Positions 1 to 13,663 of a stretch of 64,000 nt of DNA are shown here, in pieces. Location: positions 248,001-312,000 of the forward strand of contig JBHGNT010000012.1 of assembly GCA_043228905.1 (NCBI GenBank), read 5' to 3'. The stretch comes from Azolla caroliniana (lineage: Eukaryota > Plantae > Polypodiophyta). Position numbers and translations under genes: made by a program. The first letter of the stretch is position 1; the number at the start of each line of letters is the position of its first letter. Below the pieces are notes generated by a model. The model ran no database searches. It worked only from the letters and a program-made list of their open reading frames with translations, and was not told where the DNA came from.

Positions 1-87
1 TCCATTTCTCTCTTTCGTTTACATTTGCACAGCATGCGAGCATATTAGCAAGGTGTGTAACTCGGAAACTCTGTTTATTCTTTGCAG

Positions 88-207
88 GGTGGGCTTTATG
101 TGTTTAAAGGAAAGCAGCTTGTGTTTGCTAGGAAAGATGAAGGGACTGGAGACCATGCATCCTTGGATGATGTATTGAATGTATGTTGCTCACCAGCACT
201 AGTGTGA
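88..207 (+). CDS. Last exon of an upstream tandem copy of the AhpC/TSA (AAED1/PRXL2-like) thioredoxin-fold gene; rest of gene lies outside the window
   Basis: After acceptor tttgcag it reads GGLYVFKGKQLVFARKDEGTGDHASLDDVLNVCCSPALV*; nearly identical to exon 3309-3428, with shared intron end and 3'UTR. Confidence 0.88.
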   Translation, partial: GGLYVFKGKQLVFARKDEGTGDHASLDDVLNVCCSPALV

Positions 208-399
208 GCATGCCTCAGATTTCCATCCTACATTATAATATGCAAATGAAATGCTCGAGAATTATGTAAAGAGAGCTTATGTATACATCAGACCGTTGCC
301 CTCATAAGTGCTTGGAGAATTTCATCCTACACGTGTGCTGTGCAAATGATTTTTCCGAGAATTCTGTAAAGAGATTCATATTGAATCAATACAACATCA

Positions 400-1045
400 A
401 GAAAACATCATTGTGAACAATAGATGTAATCGGAGCCATTTTTCAAGGCAAGAATATTCTAGGGGAGCCAATTAACATAAGAAGTTAATGGAATGGAAGT
501 TAGATTCTCTTGCATTCATGTCAAAGGGGTGTTATGACGTTAATTTAAATGGCCTAAAACAAGTAAGGAGGTTTTCCTAGAGCATAGAACAAAGGGTTTC
601 TAGAGTGAGGGGACGTAGTGCGGGAGGTTTACACACCTAAACTCTCGTGTCTTTTGAGAGTGTCTTGCTTGCACCTTTATGCTCGATGTTATTGTGGCAT
701 CAACGTTATTCACAAGCAAAACGTTCCTACACGCCAGTTTTGCACACCCAAGTAGAATTTGGAGAATGATCCATTTTGATCGAGAGCAACGAAGTGCCGT
801 GCCGAAGCATGTCTCAATCAAAAGCTCTATGGGTTAATTATGTGTATGTGTAAGCCACCTATATCTATGGAATAAGAGTGCCCACGGCCATGGCCACACC
901 CTATTCTCTTGTGGACTCCGTTGGCCTTCCCTATCCTTTGTCTATGGCCCATGGGCCCTTTCACATTCTAGGGATCAAATGGAACAAGAATCGGGGGCTT
1001 GGTTGGTCTTCTTCTCCTTCTTCTTCTTCTAGAGGCTTCTAAGCA
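400..1045 (+). repeat. Copy of intergenic segment 4440-5070; tandem-duplication junction near 1045
   Basis: Colinear high identity (cattgtgaacaatagatgtaa ... ttctagaggcttctaagca) with 4440-5070. Confidence 0.85.
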
Positions 1046-1164
1046 ACATTGGCGCTACCATATTCGGTTAGAGGTACTTCATCATTTGAACAAAGTGGAC
1101 TTACAATCACAATCACAATGAATCCTTTGAATCATGAATGCCATTGTGTCCATCTTCTTGTGCC

Positions 1165-1320
1165 TAGGAATTGGCAAGGGCTTGGTTTCAGCTTAACCGG
1201 TTTGGCCCATAACGGTTTGGTTCGGCCTGAGCCATCCAAAACCGAGTTCAAACTGGTTAAGGAAGCTCAATCCTGAACCGAAACTCCAACGGTTTAACAG
1301 CACGGTTCAGGCTTGAGCCA
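1165..1320. mobile_element. Partial hAT-like MITE with aaccg/cggtt subterminal repeats
   Basis: Starts taggaattggcaagggct, near reverse complement of the agcccttgccgattcta end of the element at 52567-52843; shares aaac(c/t)ggttaaggaa.ctcaa.cct.aacc. Confidence 0.55.
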
Positions 1321-1562
1321 CCCACATCAAACCGTGCTTATCTCTGCAAATTAAAGCCACCCAAACCCAAAAGAAAACCAGGGGGAAAAGGGTCTTACCA
1401 AATTTGATGGTCTACAGAGCACCACACCAGTACCACCACAAAATGAATGTGCGTGAGACAGAGACGGACAGAAAGAATGGTGACTAGAAAAACAGAGCAG
1501 CATGAGCAGACATTAGGTAGCTCTGTATCCATCCATAGAATTAAGCAGTATACTGCCTCCTA

Positions 1563-3428
1563 ATGGCTCCTGCTGCCATCTCCTCATGGCAAGCATCTTG
1601 CGGTTCCATGATCACCCACCACCACAGCCACCACAACAAACTTCCCTTCTGTTCCTCTTCCATCAAGCCTTCCCTTGCCAAGATTAAGCTTCTTCAAGCA
1701 CAAGGCTATGTCAACCATAAATATACTCGCTTGCAGGCCACCGCTTCTTCTTCTTCTTCTTCTTCTGTTAGTGAGGCTGCCAAGCTCTCTTCTATCTCCA
1801 TCCTAACCACCGATGGTGTCCGTGTGCAGTTCAAAGACCTTTGGAACCAGAACTCGGTAATTAGCATTATGTAATGTTTCTTAATTCTCCGTTCGCTTTC
1901 GTACCTGGATCCATCTTCTTACATTCTTTCTTTCTTGGGGTTCTCATTTTCGCAGGAAACGGCAGTGGTGGCATTTCTCAGGCATTTCGGTTGCGTTTTC
2001 TGGTAAATGTTGTCTATTTTGTACCAGTTTCCCAATAGAGAGATCAATTCCGTTTTGGTTTGTGGCTTTTCTAGTGTAGTGCTCGATTTGCTATTTCTTT
2101 GTTCCTTTCCTACTTTCCAGATCAATCTAGTCTTGGTTTGTCCTTTTCTACTGTAAGGGCCAATCTACTGATTTGGCTCTCTTCCACATCGTCCATACTA
2201 TAGCTGGGAGTTTGCTGCATCTCTGCGTGATTTAAAACCTCAATTCGATGCTGCTGGAGTTAAAGTCATTGCCATTGGTGTTGGCACTCCTGACAAAGCC
2301 CAAATTTTGGCAGAGAAGGTATGTCTTCTTTCACGCTGTCCCTTCTCTTTCTTTCTATTTCATGTTTACAATCTGTGTTTTGTTGCTTATTTGCTTTTCA
2401 ATATATGCTTGTATGTGTATGCTTCCTCTATATTTTCTCTGTATCAATACCAGAAGTCTTATCATGTTGTTTGTGTGTTATCTCTAGCTTCCATTCCCTA
2501 AAGAAGTTTTATTTGCGGACCCAGAAAGGAAGGTATGTGATATTTGATGATTCATGAAATCAAGCCTTCTGTTGTGTTTAATGCTCTGATTTCATGCAAA
2601 CCATATCAGATTTTGTATTTGTTTTTATGTTTTGCTTACGTTTAATTTTTGTAGGCATATGATGCTCTTGGTCTGTATTATGGTGTAGGTCGAACGTTCT
2701 TCAACCCTGCGAGTGTGAGTAAATTGACTAGAAATATGCATGGGATCCTTAAATCTCTTTTGAGGTGACTCTTATGTTTCTTTCTTTCAGGCAAAAATAT
2801 TAGGCCGAATCGATGCGGTTCAAAAAGCCACCAAAGAATACACCCTGGAAGCTACCCCATATGATATGGCGTCCCTATTACAACAGGTGAATGATTAAAT
2901 ATAACGTTTTATATGGTTTAGCTATGTAGTAGTGGGGAGTTATTAGAACTTTGTGCATAATAACTTCAATCGTATATACATAATCCTTCGAAAGATGTAA
3001 TGACACAATTAAATGTGAGGCTAAAGCCTTGCTATGAAGTATGGCATCCATCCCCTACGAATAGTGGATGAGATCATGCTTATATACACCTGACGAGCTT
3101 GTATGCTCGAGCTTTCTTAGGTGTTTGATTATGTTTTGTTGGATGTCCTTCCCTACCTTATGTGCTCCTAAGATTCTCTACATTGCATCTGGATGTAACT
3201 TTGGTTTCGTAGCTCATTTGGCCTTCAAGATAGTATTTCATTTTATTTCATTTCTCTTGGGTGTATTAGCAAGATGTGTAACTCAGAAACTCTGTTTATT
3301 CTTTGCAGGGTGGGCTTTATGTGTTTAAAGGAAAGCAGCTTGTGTTTGCTAGGAAAGATGAAGGGACCGGAGACCATGCATCCTTGGATGATGTATTGAA
3401 TGCATGTTGCTCACCAGCACTAGTGTGA
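1563..3428 (+). CDS. Plastid-targeted thioredoxin-like AhpC/TSA antioxidant enzyme (AAED1/PRXL2 family), 7 exons: 1563-1856, 1956-2002, 2204-2318, 2488-2532, 2655-2714, 2791-2886, 3309-3428
   Basis: GT-AG spliced product: Ser-rich transit peptide, then V.FKDLW..., AVVAFLRHFGCVFCWEFAASL (CxxC), LFADPERKAYDALGLYYG, LLQQGGLYVF...KDEGTGDHA. Confidence 0.9.
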
Positions 3429-4954
3429 GCATGCCTCAGATTTCCATCCTACATCATTATAATATGCAAATGAAGTGCTCGAGAATTCTGTAACGAGAAC
3501 TTATGTATATACCGAGGCCCTCATAATTGCCTCAAGTTAAACAAAGTGATTAGCTGAATAACTGTGATGTTTAATGCATGTTGAATGATCGACGCTCCTT
3601 TATTGGGTCATATCCAATCTATTTGAACCTTTAACTGATAGAAGCCATTGGAAACTTTGGTTTCAAATTTGTTAGCAGAAATGACTTTGAAATGCACCTA
3701 TGTGGATGCCGAGATCAAGGTTAGAAGTGTCAAAAAACTTAGCGAAGGTTCAATATGCATTTATGCGTGTTCCAATAACGTTTGCTGATTACATGTTTAT
3801 CGTCAATGTCGATGCCATTGAAACGGATTAATAAGATGACACCTTAAGATCAAAGAATCTTCTCCACTTGGAATGCTTCATGAGCATCTATCTTAGTATT
3901 TCAATGTAGTGCATGAGATAGGTCATGATGGCTTCATGGAGACAATGATTACTTGGAAATATCGTACAAGAAGACAATGATTACTCGGAGATGTGGTAGA
4001 GTAGACCTTTCTATGACCCATAAATATCCTCAAAGTCTTGAAGAAAGAGTTTCGATAAAGTTCTTCCACTTTGTATGCAACAAAATTAGAGTCATCAAGA
4101 ACCTTATTGATCATTTTCAAGTACATAATTGCAAGTGCTTCCTCTAGGATATCAACCATTGCATCCTATGATAAGATTTTGCATTTTAATCGTTTGTTTT
4201 GCAAGGAGAGCTAAGATATATGAGATAAAAAATGGATCAAACCAAGAGAAGAAGAACAAAGGTAGAAGCAAGATCGTAAGAGTCATGGCAATAAGAATAA
4301 CAATTGATTTAGTATTGATAGGACAATGTATAAGCACCATCATCACACAATGGCAAGTGTGAAATATGAGCATTGATCAAGGGTAACTAAGTTATTAATG
4401 AACCTTAACAAAAGGGGGGAGGATTTAATAATGTCAAAGAAAATGTCATTGTGAACAATAGATGTAACTGGGGCCATTTTTCAAGGCAAGAATATTCTAG
4501 GGGAGCCAATTAACATCAGAAGTTAACAGAATGGAAGTTAGATTCTCTTGCATTCATGTCAAGGGGTGTGACGGAATGGCCGAAAACAAGTAAGGAGGTT
4601 TTTCTAGAGCATAAGTGAGGGGACAGAGTGTGGGAGGTTTACACGCCTAAACTCTCGTGTCTTTGACAGTGTTCTGCTCACGCCGTTGTGCTTGAAGTTG
4701 TTGCAGCATCAACATTATTCACAAGCGAAACGTTCGTACACGCCGGTTTCGCACAACCAAGTAGAATTCGGAGAATGATCCATTTCGCTCAAGAGCAGCG
4801 AAGTGCCCGTGCTGAAGCATGTCTCAATCAAAAGCTCTATGGGCTAATTGTATACGTGTTTGTGTAAGCCACATATATCTATGGAAGAAGGGTGCCCACG
4901 CCTGCGCTACGCCCTATTCTCTTGTGGACTCCATTGGACTTCCCTATCCTTTTG

Positions 4955-5125
4955 TCTATGGGCCGTGGGCCCTTTCACATTGTAGGGATCAAATGAGACG
5001 AGAATCGGGGGATTGGTTGGTCTTCTTCTTCTTCTTCTTCTTCTTCTTCTTCTTCTAGAGGCTTCTAAGCAGTAGCAGCTTGCACCCCAACCCCCCCAAG
5101 GGTTTTTTTAGGGTTTAGGGCTTTA
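4955..5125 (+). promoter_or_regulatory. HSP90 promoter: site II motifs (TGGGCC x2), (TTC)n tract and telo-box (TAGGGTTT)
   Basis: tgggcc at 4959 and 4966; tagggttt at 5109-5116; this combination is typical of plant mitochondrial and housekeeping promoters. Confidence 0.5.
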
Positions 5126-5275
5126 GGGAGTGAGTAGCGTGGTTTAAACTGAGACACAGCCAGAGAGAGAGTGAAGAACAGACAGACAGCCCCTGCTCTG
5201 TGTGCCTGTGTGCGTCAAGGAGAACACACAGAGAGTAGAGTGAGGGAGAAGTCAGGCTCCATCATCGCCGCCAGT

Positions 5276-8200
5276 ATGCATCGCAGATCTCTGCGCCATG
5301 TCTCTGCTGTCCTTCGCGATGCTTCTCTTCAGGTCTCTCCTGCACCTCTCCTCCCCGTTTCCCTCCATCTTATTTTGGATATGTGTTTTTCATTTCAAAT
5401 CCCCTTTTGAAGCCGTCTCTCGTTCGATTCGACCGCTTCTCCTTTTTTGCTAGTTCTCCTCTGTATAACCGTATGCCTTCTTCTCTTTTCTTCTAGGCAT
5501 ATGGTGGGACTAGAAGGAAGTTTTCTTCTCTGCATTCCAAGGAGCCGTTGTTTGCTCAGACGTCGATTCGATCATCTGATTGTTTGAAGTTGCCATTAAG
5601 GAGTACTAGCGCTTGGTCTTATGGATGTGTCAGAGGTGAAGCCACCGTAGCTTCAGTCGAGAAATCAGAAAATACTGCTACTACGACGTCAACGGCTACT
5701 CCGCCCCCTCCTAATTCGGGAGAGGATGCCTCAGCTCCTGTCGAGAAATACACCTACCAGGCCGAGGTACTTCTATGGAACTTTAATCTCTCTTGTCGTC
5801 TCTTAACTCTCTTCAAATTCTTTTTCTTCATTATTCCGCTGTTTTTTCTTAATCGTTTGATTTCATGTGGAACTGTAGGCTCTAAATTCAAGGCTTCCGG
5901 TTGTTTCATTAGCTATAGATTGTTTTTTCTTGTAAGCCGAACATTTGCATATATTTGATTCGTTGTTTCTCTATGGAACGGGATTCTTCCTTTTTAAAGT
6001 GTTTGATTCCCTCAAATGGATTTCCTTGAGCGGTTGAATTGGCTGCTTGTTTAAAATTTCTCTTTTTTAGAGCAAGTTTTCTTTTATATTTGTCTCTTTG
6101 TTTGTTTTCTGATCTTTCAAGTATCACCTTCTCCATTTATGTGGAATGAAATCCTTCATATCTTTCGACCTTTTTCGTTTTTACTTTCTCTATGGGTTAG
6201 AAAATTTCAAGCATCAGTTTCAGTATCCCATTGTCCTTCCATTTAATTCTTTAAGCCTTTTCCATTTCATTAATTTCTTTGTAGAAGGCATTGTTACCGG
6301 ATGTGTGTGTGTTTTAGCTAGGATTCGTGTGAATCATAGGTATTCTCTTTTGGCACTTAAACAGGTGAGCAGGCTACTTGACCTAATCGTGCATAGTTTG
6401 TACAGTCACAAAGAGGTCTTCTTGAGGGAACTTGTGAGGTAAGTATAGACGATTTATTCATCATTTCCTGTTGATTATCTGGACAACTCATTTTGTCACA
6501 GTCAAATCTTGCACTGAATGTGTATGACCTTTCTCTTCTGATCATGTGCCATTGCAGCAATGCAAGCGATGCACTGGATAAGTTTAGGTTCCTAAGTCAG
6601 ACAAAGCCGGACTTGGCAGGTGGTGAAACGGAACTTGCAATCAAGATACGACCTGACACTCAAAGGGGAGCACTTATTATTACGTAAGTACAGAATCCGT
6701 TTTTGAACAAATCGTCTTGCTCTTGGCCCTATTTGGGATAGTGGAAAGACAACAGTAAATGAAATGATGTACAAAAGATGTATAAATGGACATGCCTTAT
6801 AACAAAGTCTTGTCTCATCTATAAGAACAGTAAGCAAAGGGAATATGTTAACTATGTCAACCACACATCTGAAGCATACCTCCTCATGTGCAATTTGGCC
6901 TCAACAGGGACTCTGGTATTGGTATGACAAAGGATGAGCTCATTAATAGTCTAGGGACTATTGCACAGAGTGGCACTGCTAACTTTGTAAAGGCCCTGAA
7001 GGTATACAATCAATGTATCCTTAAGTTAGTAAACAGTTGTGTTTATAATCACTCAGAGATCTTACATTGAAATTATATACTTCGCAGGAAAACAAGGATG
7101 CCTTGGGAGGTGGAAACAATCTTATAGGGAAGTTTGGAGTTGGTTTCTACTCTGCTTTCTTGGTTTCTAACAAGGTGAGAACTAATTCACAAAATCATGA
7201 ACATGGTTTTCTATTGTGTGAAGGAGTGGATGTATGATGGCTATGACATGCATGCTGCTTTGATGTGAAAGAGTGTGTATAGGAGTTGTTATATATGTTA
7301 GTATTGTTAGGATGCCTCCGTGACATATATTATTGTGCAGGTAGCTGTCTCTACAAAGAATCCTAATTCGGATAAACAGTATGTGTGGGAGGCAGAAGCT
7401 GATTGTAGTTCATTTGTTGTTCGTGAAGAAACAGATCCTGATTTCCTTGTTCCCAGAGGAACCTCGATCATTCTGTACTTGAAGGTAAGGACAATCCATT
7501 TTCTTGGATGTTGGTCCTGTTCTTAGAAAACCTTTTGTCAAACAACTTGGTAGTACACAAAAAATCTGATTCTTGGTATGATAATGTTGATTGCAGGAGG
7601 ATGCAAAGCAATATCTAAGCTCATCGAAAATCCAGGAACTTGTGAAGAACTATTCTCAGTTCATTTCGTTCCCTATCTATGTTGGAACAGAGAAGCATCG
7701 CCAAGTGGAGGTTGGGTTCTAGTTTCTGTGCTTATATTTTGCCTCTGATGTTCTGTAACATGTACCCTGTGTAAGATTATTGGTATATGCTGTAGGTGAA
7801 GGATGAGAATGCAGCACCTCAAGAAGGAGCTGAAGGAGAGAAGAAGGTTCAGATCCTAAGAGTTTGTTTCATGCCAAATATTTTCCTCGATATGTTTAGT
7901 GTATGTGATGCATTAAGTTGCGTTTGTGCAGGAGGCAACAAAGACAATCTTAGAGAGATATTATACATATGAGATTGTGAATGATGACAAACCTATCTGG
8001 GTATGATATGTATTGGATTATCGTTCAAGTGTTCTATGCTGTTGTTTTATCACATTGTTTCCTGACCCAGAAACTTCATATCAGATGCGTAACCCTAAGG
8101 AAGTCACTAAAGAGGAATATTATGCTTTCTATAAGAAGACATATGATAAGCATCTTGAGCCAATGACATATACACATTTCAGCACAGAAGTAAGTCTTAT

Positions 8201-10263
8201 TAATCTTGCACAACAATGAAGGTCTTCTATTGCACAACTTCTTGAGGTATCAAGATTATTCTTTGTTTGTATGCAGGGTGAAGTGGAGTTCAAAACTTTG
8301 CTGTATGTTCCTGGAATGGCTCCTTTTGGTTCAGATGATGGAGGTAAAAAGAATATTAAGATGTATGTGAAGAGAGTCTTCATCTCTGATGAGTTCCATG
8401 GTGAACTGGTAAGATTTGATGCTAAGGTGTCCAAATTTGAGCATCATGTTATTCCTCACAGAAGATAAATTTGTCATTTTGTTGTTGGTTGTGCAGTTCC
8501 CTAGATACCTGAGTTTCATGAAAGGTGTGGTTGATTCTGATGACCTTCCTCTGAATGTGTCCCGGGAGCTCTTGCAAGAGAGTCGCATTGTATGTTATAT
8601 CCTATGAATCTGCATTGGTATTTGGGTTCATTCTTTGGGAATGTTAAATTTGAATGACTGGAGCTTTTTACAGGTTCGTCTGATGAAAAAAAGGCTTATA
8701 AAGAAATCTTTTGATTTGTTTGATAAAATTGCTAACAGTGACAACAAAGAGGTATGTAGCTTATAATACCAGGCATCTCAGATTTCAATCAAGATTTCAG
8801 CCACAGAATGATGTTATTTACTCCATTTTCTCATCAGGATTATAAGAAGTTTTACAAGAACTTTGGGAAGTACATTAAATTGGGGGTTACTGAGGACAGT
8901 GACAACAAGAAACGTCTGTCAAACTTTTTGAGATTTTATTCCTCTAAGCACCAGGAGGAAATGACATCTCTAAGAGATTATGTTGACAATATGAAGCCTG
9001 ACCAGAAAGCTATCTATTATTTCTCATCTGAATCTGTAAAAAGTGCAAGGAATGCTCCTTTCTTGGAGCAGCTGAACAACAAAGGTTATGAGGTTCTGTT
9101 TATGACAGAGCCACTTGATGAAGTCACAGCTCATCACCTCAAGTACTATGATGGGAAGAAGTTCATAGATATTAGCAAGGAGAATTTCCATCTAGGTATT
9201 ATTTAGTTCGTTTGTTATTCCATTTGACATGATGCAATTGGGAGCTAGTTAGCTTTTAGTTCTGGTTTCTTAAAATTTCTAAATTGTTTATGTTATCGTT
9301 ATGTAGGTGGCGATGATGAAAAGATCAAGCGCTTGGCAAGTGAATATAGTCTGCTTTGTGATTGGATGAAGCAAAAGTTGGGCGAGAAAGTTAACAGAGT
9401 AGAGGTATCAGAGCGTCTCAGTGCGTCCCCATGTGTGCTCATTTCGGGCAAGGATGGATGGTCTGCAAACATGGAGAGGTACTAAGATTGCATTTATGAA
9501 CTTCTTTTTCATCATGTTTGTTGTTGAATGGTGTAAAATCTTAGCAGAAGTTTGTTTTTGCGTATCATATTCCATATGTGATGTAGGATTATGAGAGCTC
9601 AAAATCTTGGAGATACACCTGGACTTAGAGAATTCATGGCATCAACACGAGTTTTAGAAATCAATCCAGACCATCCAATCATTCAAGATTTAGATGTAAG
9701 TAGGAACAATGGGAGTCGGTGTATTTTGTTTATAAGTATGAAGACTACAAATTTCCTGGAGACTTGTTGTTAATGGTGGTTTCTCTGCAGGCTGCGCGTA
9801 AAGAAGGAAAACCTGGCACCAATCAGATTGTGGAACTCTTATATGAGACTGCATTGATGTCCAGCGGCTTTGTTGTAAGTAAAATAATGTCCAAATTTTA
9901 AAATGTTTACAATGTTTGCTTTGTGAAGATGGCATATGTTCATAGATAATTTTTGATTGAGGATGGAATATGTTTAACATATTTCTTGTTCATGGATTTC
10001 CTCTTGAAGGTGGAACATGTTCAGCAATTTCTTATTATCTTTAATTATGTATAATGGACTAATGAGTATTATGTATGCAGCCTGAGGACCCTGCTGGATT
10101 TGGCACCAAAATATATGAATTAATGTCTTCAGGAGTGACCAGCAATCGCCCAGTTAGTAATGCTTCAGCATCAAGGTCTACCACTGCGGGTCCAATTTCA
10201 CAGGGAGTGACTGAAGCTGAAATTCTGGAACCAGAAGTGAAACCTCAGAGTGCTTCGGCTTAA
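5276..10263 (+). CDS. HSP90: Organellar HSP90 (HSP90C clade, probably mitochondrial HSP90-6-like), about 20 exons
   Basis: [14 protein letters not shown] presequence; [95 protein letters not shown]; C-terminus [10 protein letters not shown] lacks MEEVD, KDEL and the plastid DPW motif. Confidence 0.93.
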
Positions 10264-11199
10264 TCTGTTTTGATTTATACAGTCACATAACTGTTGGCTA
10301 AGGGGATATTTGTCTGGTTCTTTTGAGACTTTGAGATGATGGGTGACCTAGAAAGTGGTAGGTTATCTAGGTATATAGTTGAAGTAAGGTAATCATAGAG
10401 TAGGTTAGGTTAAATGGCTAGTCCTATGGGTGATTGCCTTGTATGACAGATTTGTGATATAATGCCTATGACTATTATATATACATTGGGAATTCTTCAT
10501 TATGGAAGTGCAAATTTTGAAATATGAGTTCTTTTGGTGACCTGAGATGAAGTTGTACAAGAGAAGGATGTTTTAGCTTTTGGAAATGTGTTTTTCAATT
10601 TCCTTCACTTGATTGTATTCGTCATTTCTTAGAAGCTTCTTAATTGTGTGCAATATTTTGGTAAGGAACATATAATCAAATCCTCTTCTATAATAATAAA
10701 TTATTATGTTTGAGACATTAGATTGCGGACTTTTATTTACTTGGTAGCCATGTTGCATTCAGTTATTCTGCAAAAGAACATATATTGAACTTCATGCACT
10801 ACACACTAATTACTTCCACAACTTGTGATTGTTTTGTAAGGAAAGATTGGTATCCATTGTTCGTTATTACCCTTCTTCCGGTGTATTTCTCTTTCTGTAG
10901 TCCATGCTGGGACCTTTAGTTTGATTTTTCCACCCCAAAATGGCCAAGTAGAAGAATCCATAAGCACCTAGTGTCTCTTTTTGTGATATGAGCTTATTAT
11001 ATTTCTTGTGACAAATTGGGAGTGAATTGATTGCTGGGGGGGGGCAGCTTTTCCTTATTGGAGTGGGTCCCTGTATATGTTAAAGTCACATCCACGTATG
11101 GCTACAATTGCACACGAACCATGTGTGCAGGTTCACCTCAGATTCACATTTTGGAGTGGTTCCCACGTTGGAGGCACTCTGCAAATCTCGTATGACTGA

Positions 11200-11480
11200 C
11201 CTTCATCCACGTGAGAGATCCTATAGTTGTGTGCAGGGCACACTTTATATTATAGGCACATGAATCAGTCAATTGAGAAAGGAGGAGAGAGAGAGAGAGA
11301 GAGAGAGAAACAGGGAATTTGTGGTGTGGAATTTGAACGAACGAGAATTGCTTGCTGGAGCAGAAAAGAGAGAGAGAGATTGTGATTTGTGTGTGAAATT
11401 AACATTTAAAGAGAAGAAGAAGAAGAAGAAGAAAAAGAAGAAGAAGAGGAGGTGAGGTGAAGAGTAAGGCCACGTGTGAC
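11200..11480 (+). promoter_or_regulatory. G-boxes (CACGTG) upstream of PGR5
   Basis: CACGTG at 11208-11213 and 11471-11476; light-responsive element ahead of a photosynthesis gene. Confidence 0.4.
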
Positions 11481-11614
11481 CTGAAGAAGAAAGAAGAAGG
11501 AAGAAGAAGGGCTCCCCTGCCTCTGTCTGCTCTTTCACCAAACAAAGCACAGAAGAAATTCTCAACTCTCGCCCTGCATTTCTGCGTCCTCTCCCTTCAT
11601 CCACCCTTCCCTCC

Positions 11615-12159
11615 ATGGCTTCTCTGTCTCTCGCCCCTTGTTCTCATTCATCCCTGCGCTCTTACGGCAATGATCTTGGGTCTTTTTCGACCTCGTCTTC
11701 GTCTTCTTCTTCTGTGCCTGCCATTGCCCCTCGACGCAGAACTCAGATCGTGAGGATGGGGAACGTTAACGAAGGGAAAGGATTGTTTGCTCCCCTGGTA
11801 GTCATCACACGTAACATTGTGGGAAAGAAACAGTTCAACCAGTTGCGAGGGAAAGCCATTGCCCTGCATTCACAGGTAATAGCCACCATGGCAACCCTTC
11901 TGAATACTCCCCCTCCCCCTTTTCTCCCTGTTAATGCCATTTTTATCTTCACAGACTGTTTGTACTTCCTTCTCTTTGGCTTCGGCTTTCTTTTTGCTGG
12001 ATTTTGGCCTGATGATAGAAACGGCTTCCATTTTCTGGTTTATTGAAATCTCAGGTCATTACAGAATTCTGCAAGTCCATTGGTGCAGATGCCAAGCAGA
12101 GGCAGGGATTGATCAGGCTTGCCAAGAAGAATGGAGAAAAGCTGGGGTTCCTAGCTTAA
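11615..12159 (+). CDS. PGR5: PROTON GRADIENT REGULATION 5, plastid; exons 11615-11875 and 12055-12159
   Basis: Transit peptide, then MGNVNEGKGLFAPLVVITRNIVGKKQFNQLRGKAIALHSQ|VITEFCKSIGADAKQRQGLIRLAKKNGEKLGFLA*. Confidence 0.97.
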
Positions 12160-13663
12160 ATTTTGTATTCCTTCTCCATCTCCTCATCTTCATCATCGTG
12201 AACTTATTGGATAACAATGGAAGCAATTCAGGATTCCATTTCTATTGGTTAACTCTGATGTGTATGATATATACATATGTGTATTGTGCTCTCCCTGTAC
12301 TTTATGCATTCTTAATCACAGTCTCTAATGGTGGGTGTGCACCATTGGTGCTGTTAATGCATGGAACAATTACAATGCAACAAGGTCAGGTTTTACTGAA
12401 TCTTGACAGACTCGCTAAGAAAATGATGTCATACTATTGCTTCATCAATATACATGTGCAACATATTCCTCCTAAACATAATCAATCGAACAATATTACT
12501 TCTGTGCATTGTTTAGGTGTGTGGGGGTAGACTATTGGGCCATTATTTGGCCCCTGTAAATGAGATTAGAACTTGGGATTAATTGACTGGGATGAGCTTC
12601 TTCAACGAGTTCCAGTGCAATATGAGAGAGAGATTCCTACAATTGCTTCCATATTATGAGGTTGTTTGTTCTGTACAGTGGTGTGGTACGTAATTTTGTA
12701 TGGCGCAACAAATAAGGATATGTGAATGTAAGGATTTGAACCTAGCTAGAACTTTCACTGATAGCCCAATCAGGTTTTCAATATGACGAGAAGCAAGCCA
12801 GCCCTAATGCTCAATTTGACAATACACACAAAATTATATGTTGCCTTGATGAAATTGTTTCACCGTGGCCTCTCTCTCTCATGCCACATGATAATATTGT
12901 AGACAAAATTGTCAAATATAACCCACCTAGCAAAATGCTATAACCAATACAATCATTTGCACGACGAAGAGAACATAATTACTGTAGTCATTACTCTTAT
13001 GCATTGGAATCCTTATTTGGATTATTCAGTAGAAGACCGCTTACATTTGGGCTAGTCACATGACTTACAAATACAACAAACCAGAATTTGGTCATAAAAG
13101 CAATGGCGCTAATGCAATTTTGTGGCATGAGCTTTCTGAATGGATGGACAAAAACTTCTTATTCGGTCGAATGGTTTGACATTCATGTGTAGTTGTAATA
13201 TAAGTTAGATAGTATTGACACATGTGGTCTGACAATAGTGCCATGGCACTATTCCTGCAATCTAGCTACGTATATGTTCTCCAACGCAAAATATTAGTCG
13301 GGCCAGAAGGATCAGTAACCTTGTTGATCACGAAATTATAAGATTCCTACATAGGATATGGTGGGCTGCCATCACTTCTAGCCATGCAGACAGAGAACTA
13401 TTGTCATGAAAAGAAGGTGTGCAGAAAAAAGCTATACAACATGTTCTAGGCACACCTGACATTGGTGGGCTGCCATTTTCATTGACATCCAGGATTAACC
13501 TTGATGGTCAACCATGGTGCTAGCATACGCAACATACACCTGCAAAACTTGACACTGAAAAGCACGCACCACCGTTTAGGCAAGAAACTTTAAAATGTGA
13601 GGAAAAACTAAGGATTTCTCATGGAACAGTGCTGTAGAGAGACCCGACAACCAGAGTTCCACC

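Noticed and set aside
3530-4430. Possible copia 3' remnant (RNase H-like tail, aaaaggggggag PPT-like tract)
   Set aside because: Too degenerate to assign boundaries or family
11269-11616. Low-complexity ORFs (poly-K/F/ER) here and at 4819 and 58476
   Set aside because: Translations of GA, GAA, TTC and TA microsatellites
13050-13660. PPR-like fragments upstream of the PPR ORF (ggtgggctgccat twice)
   Set aside because: Interrupted by stop codons; similarity too weak to call
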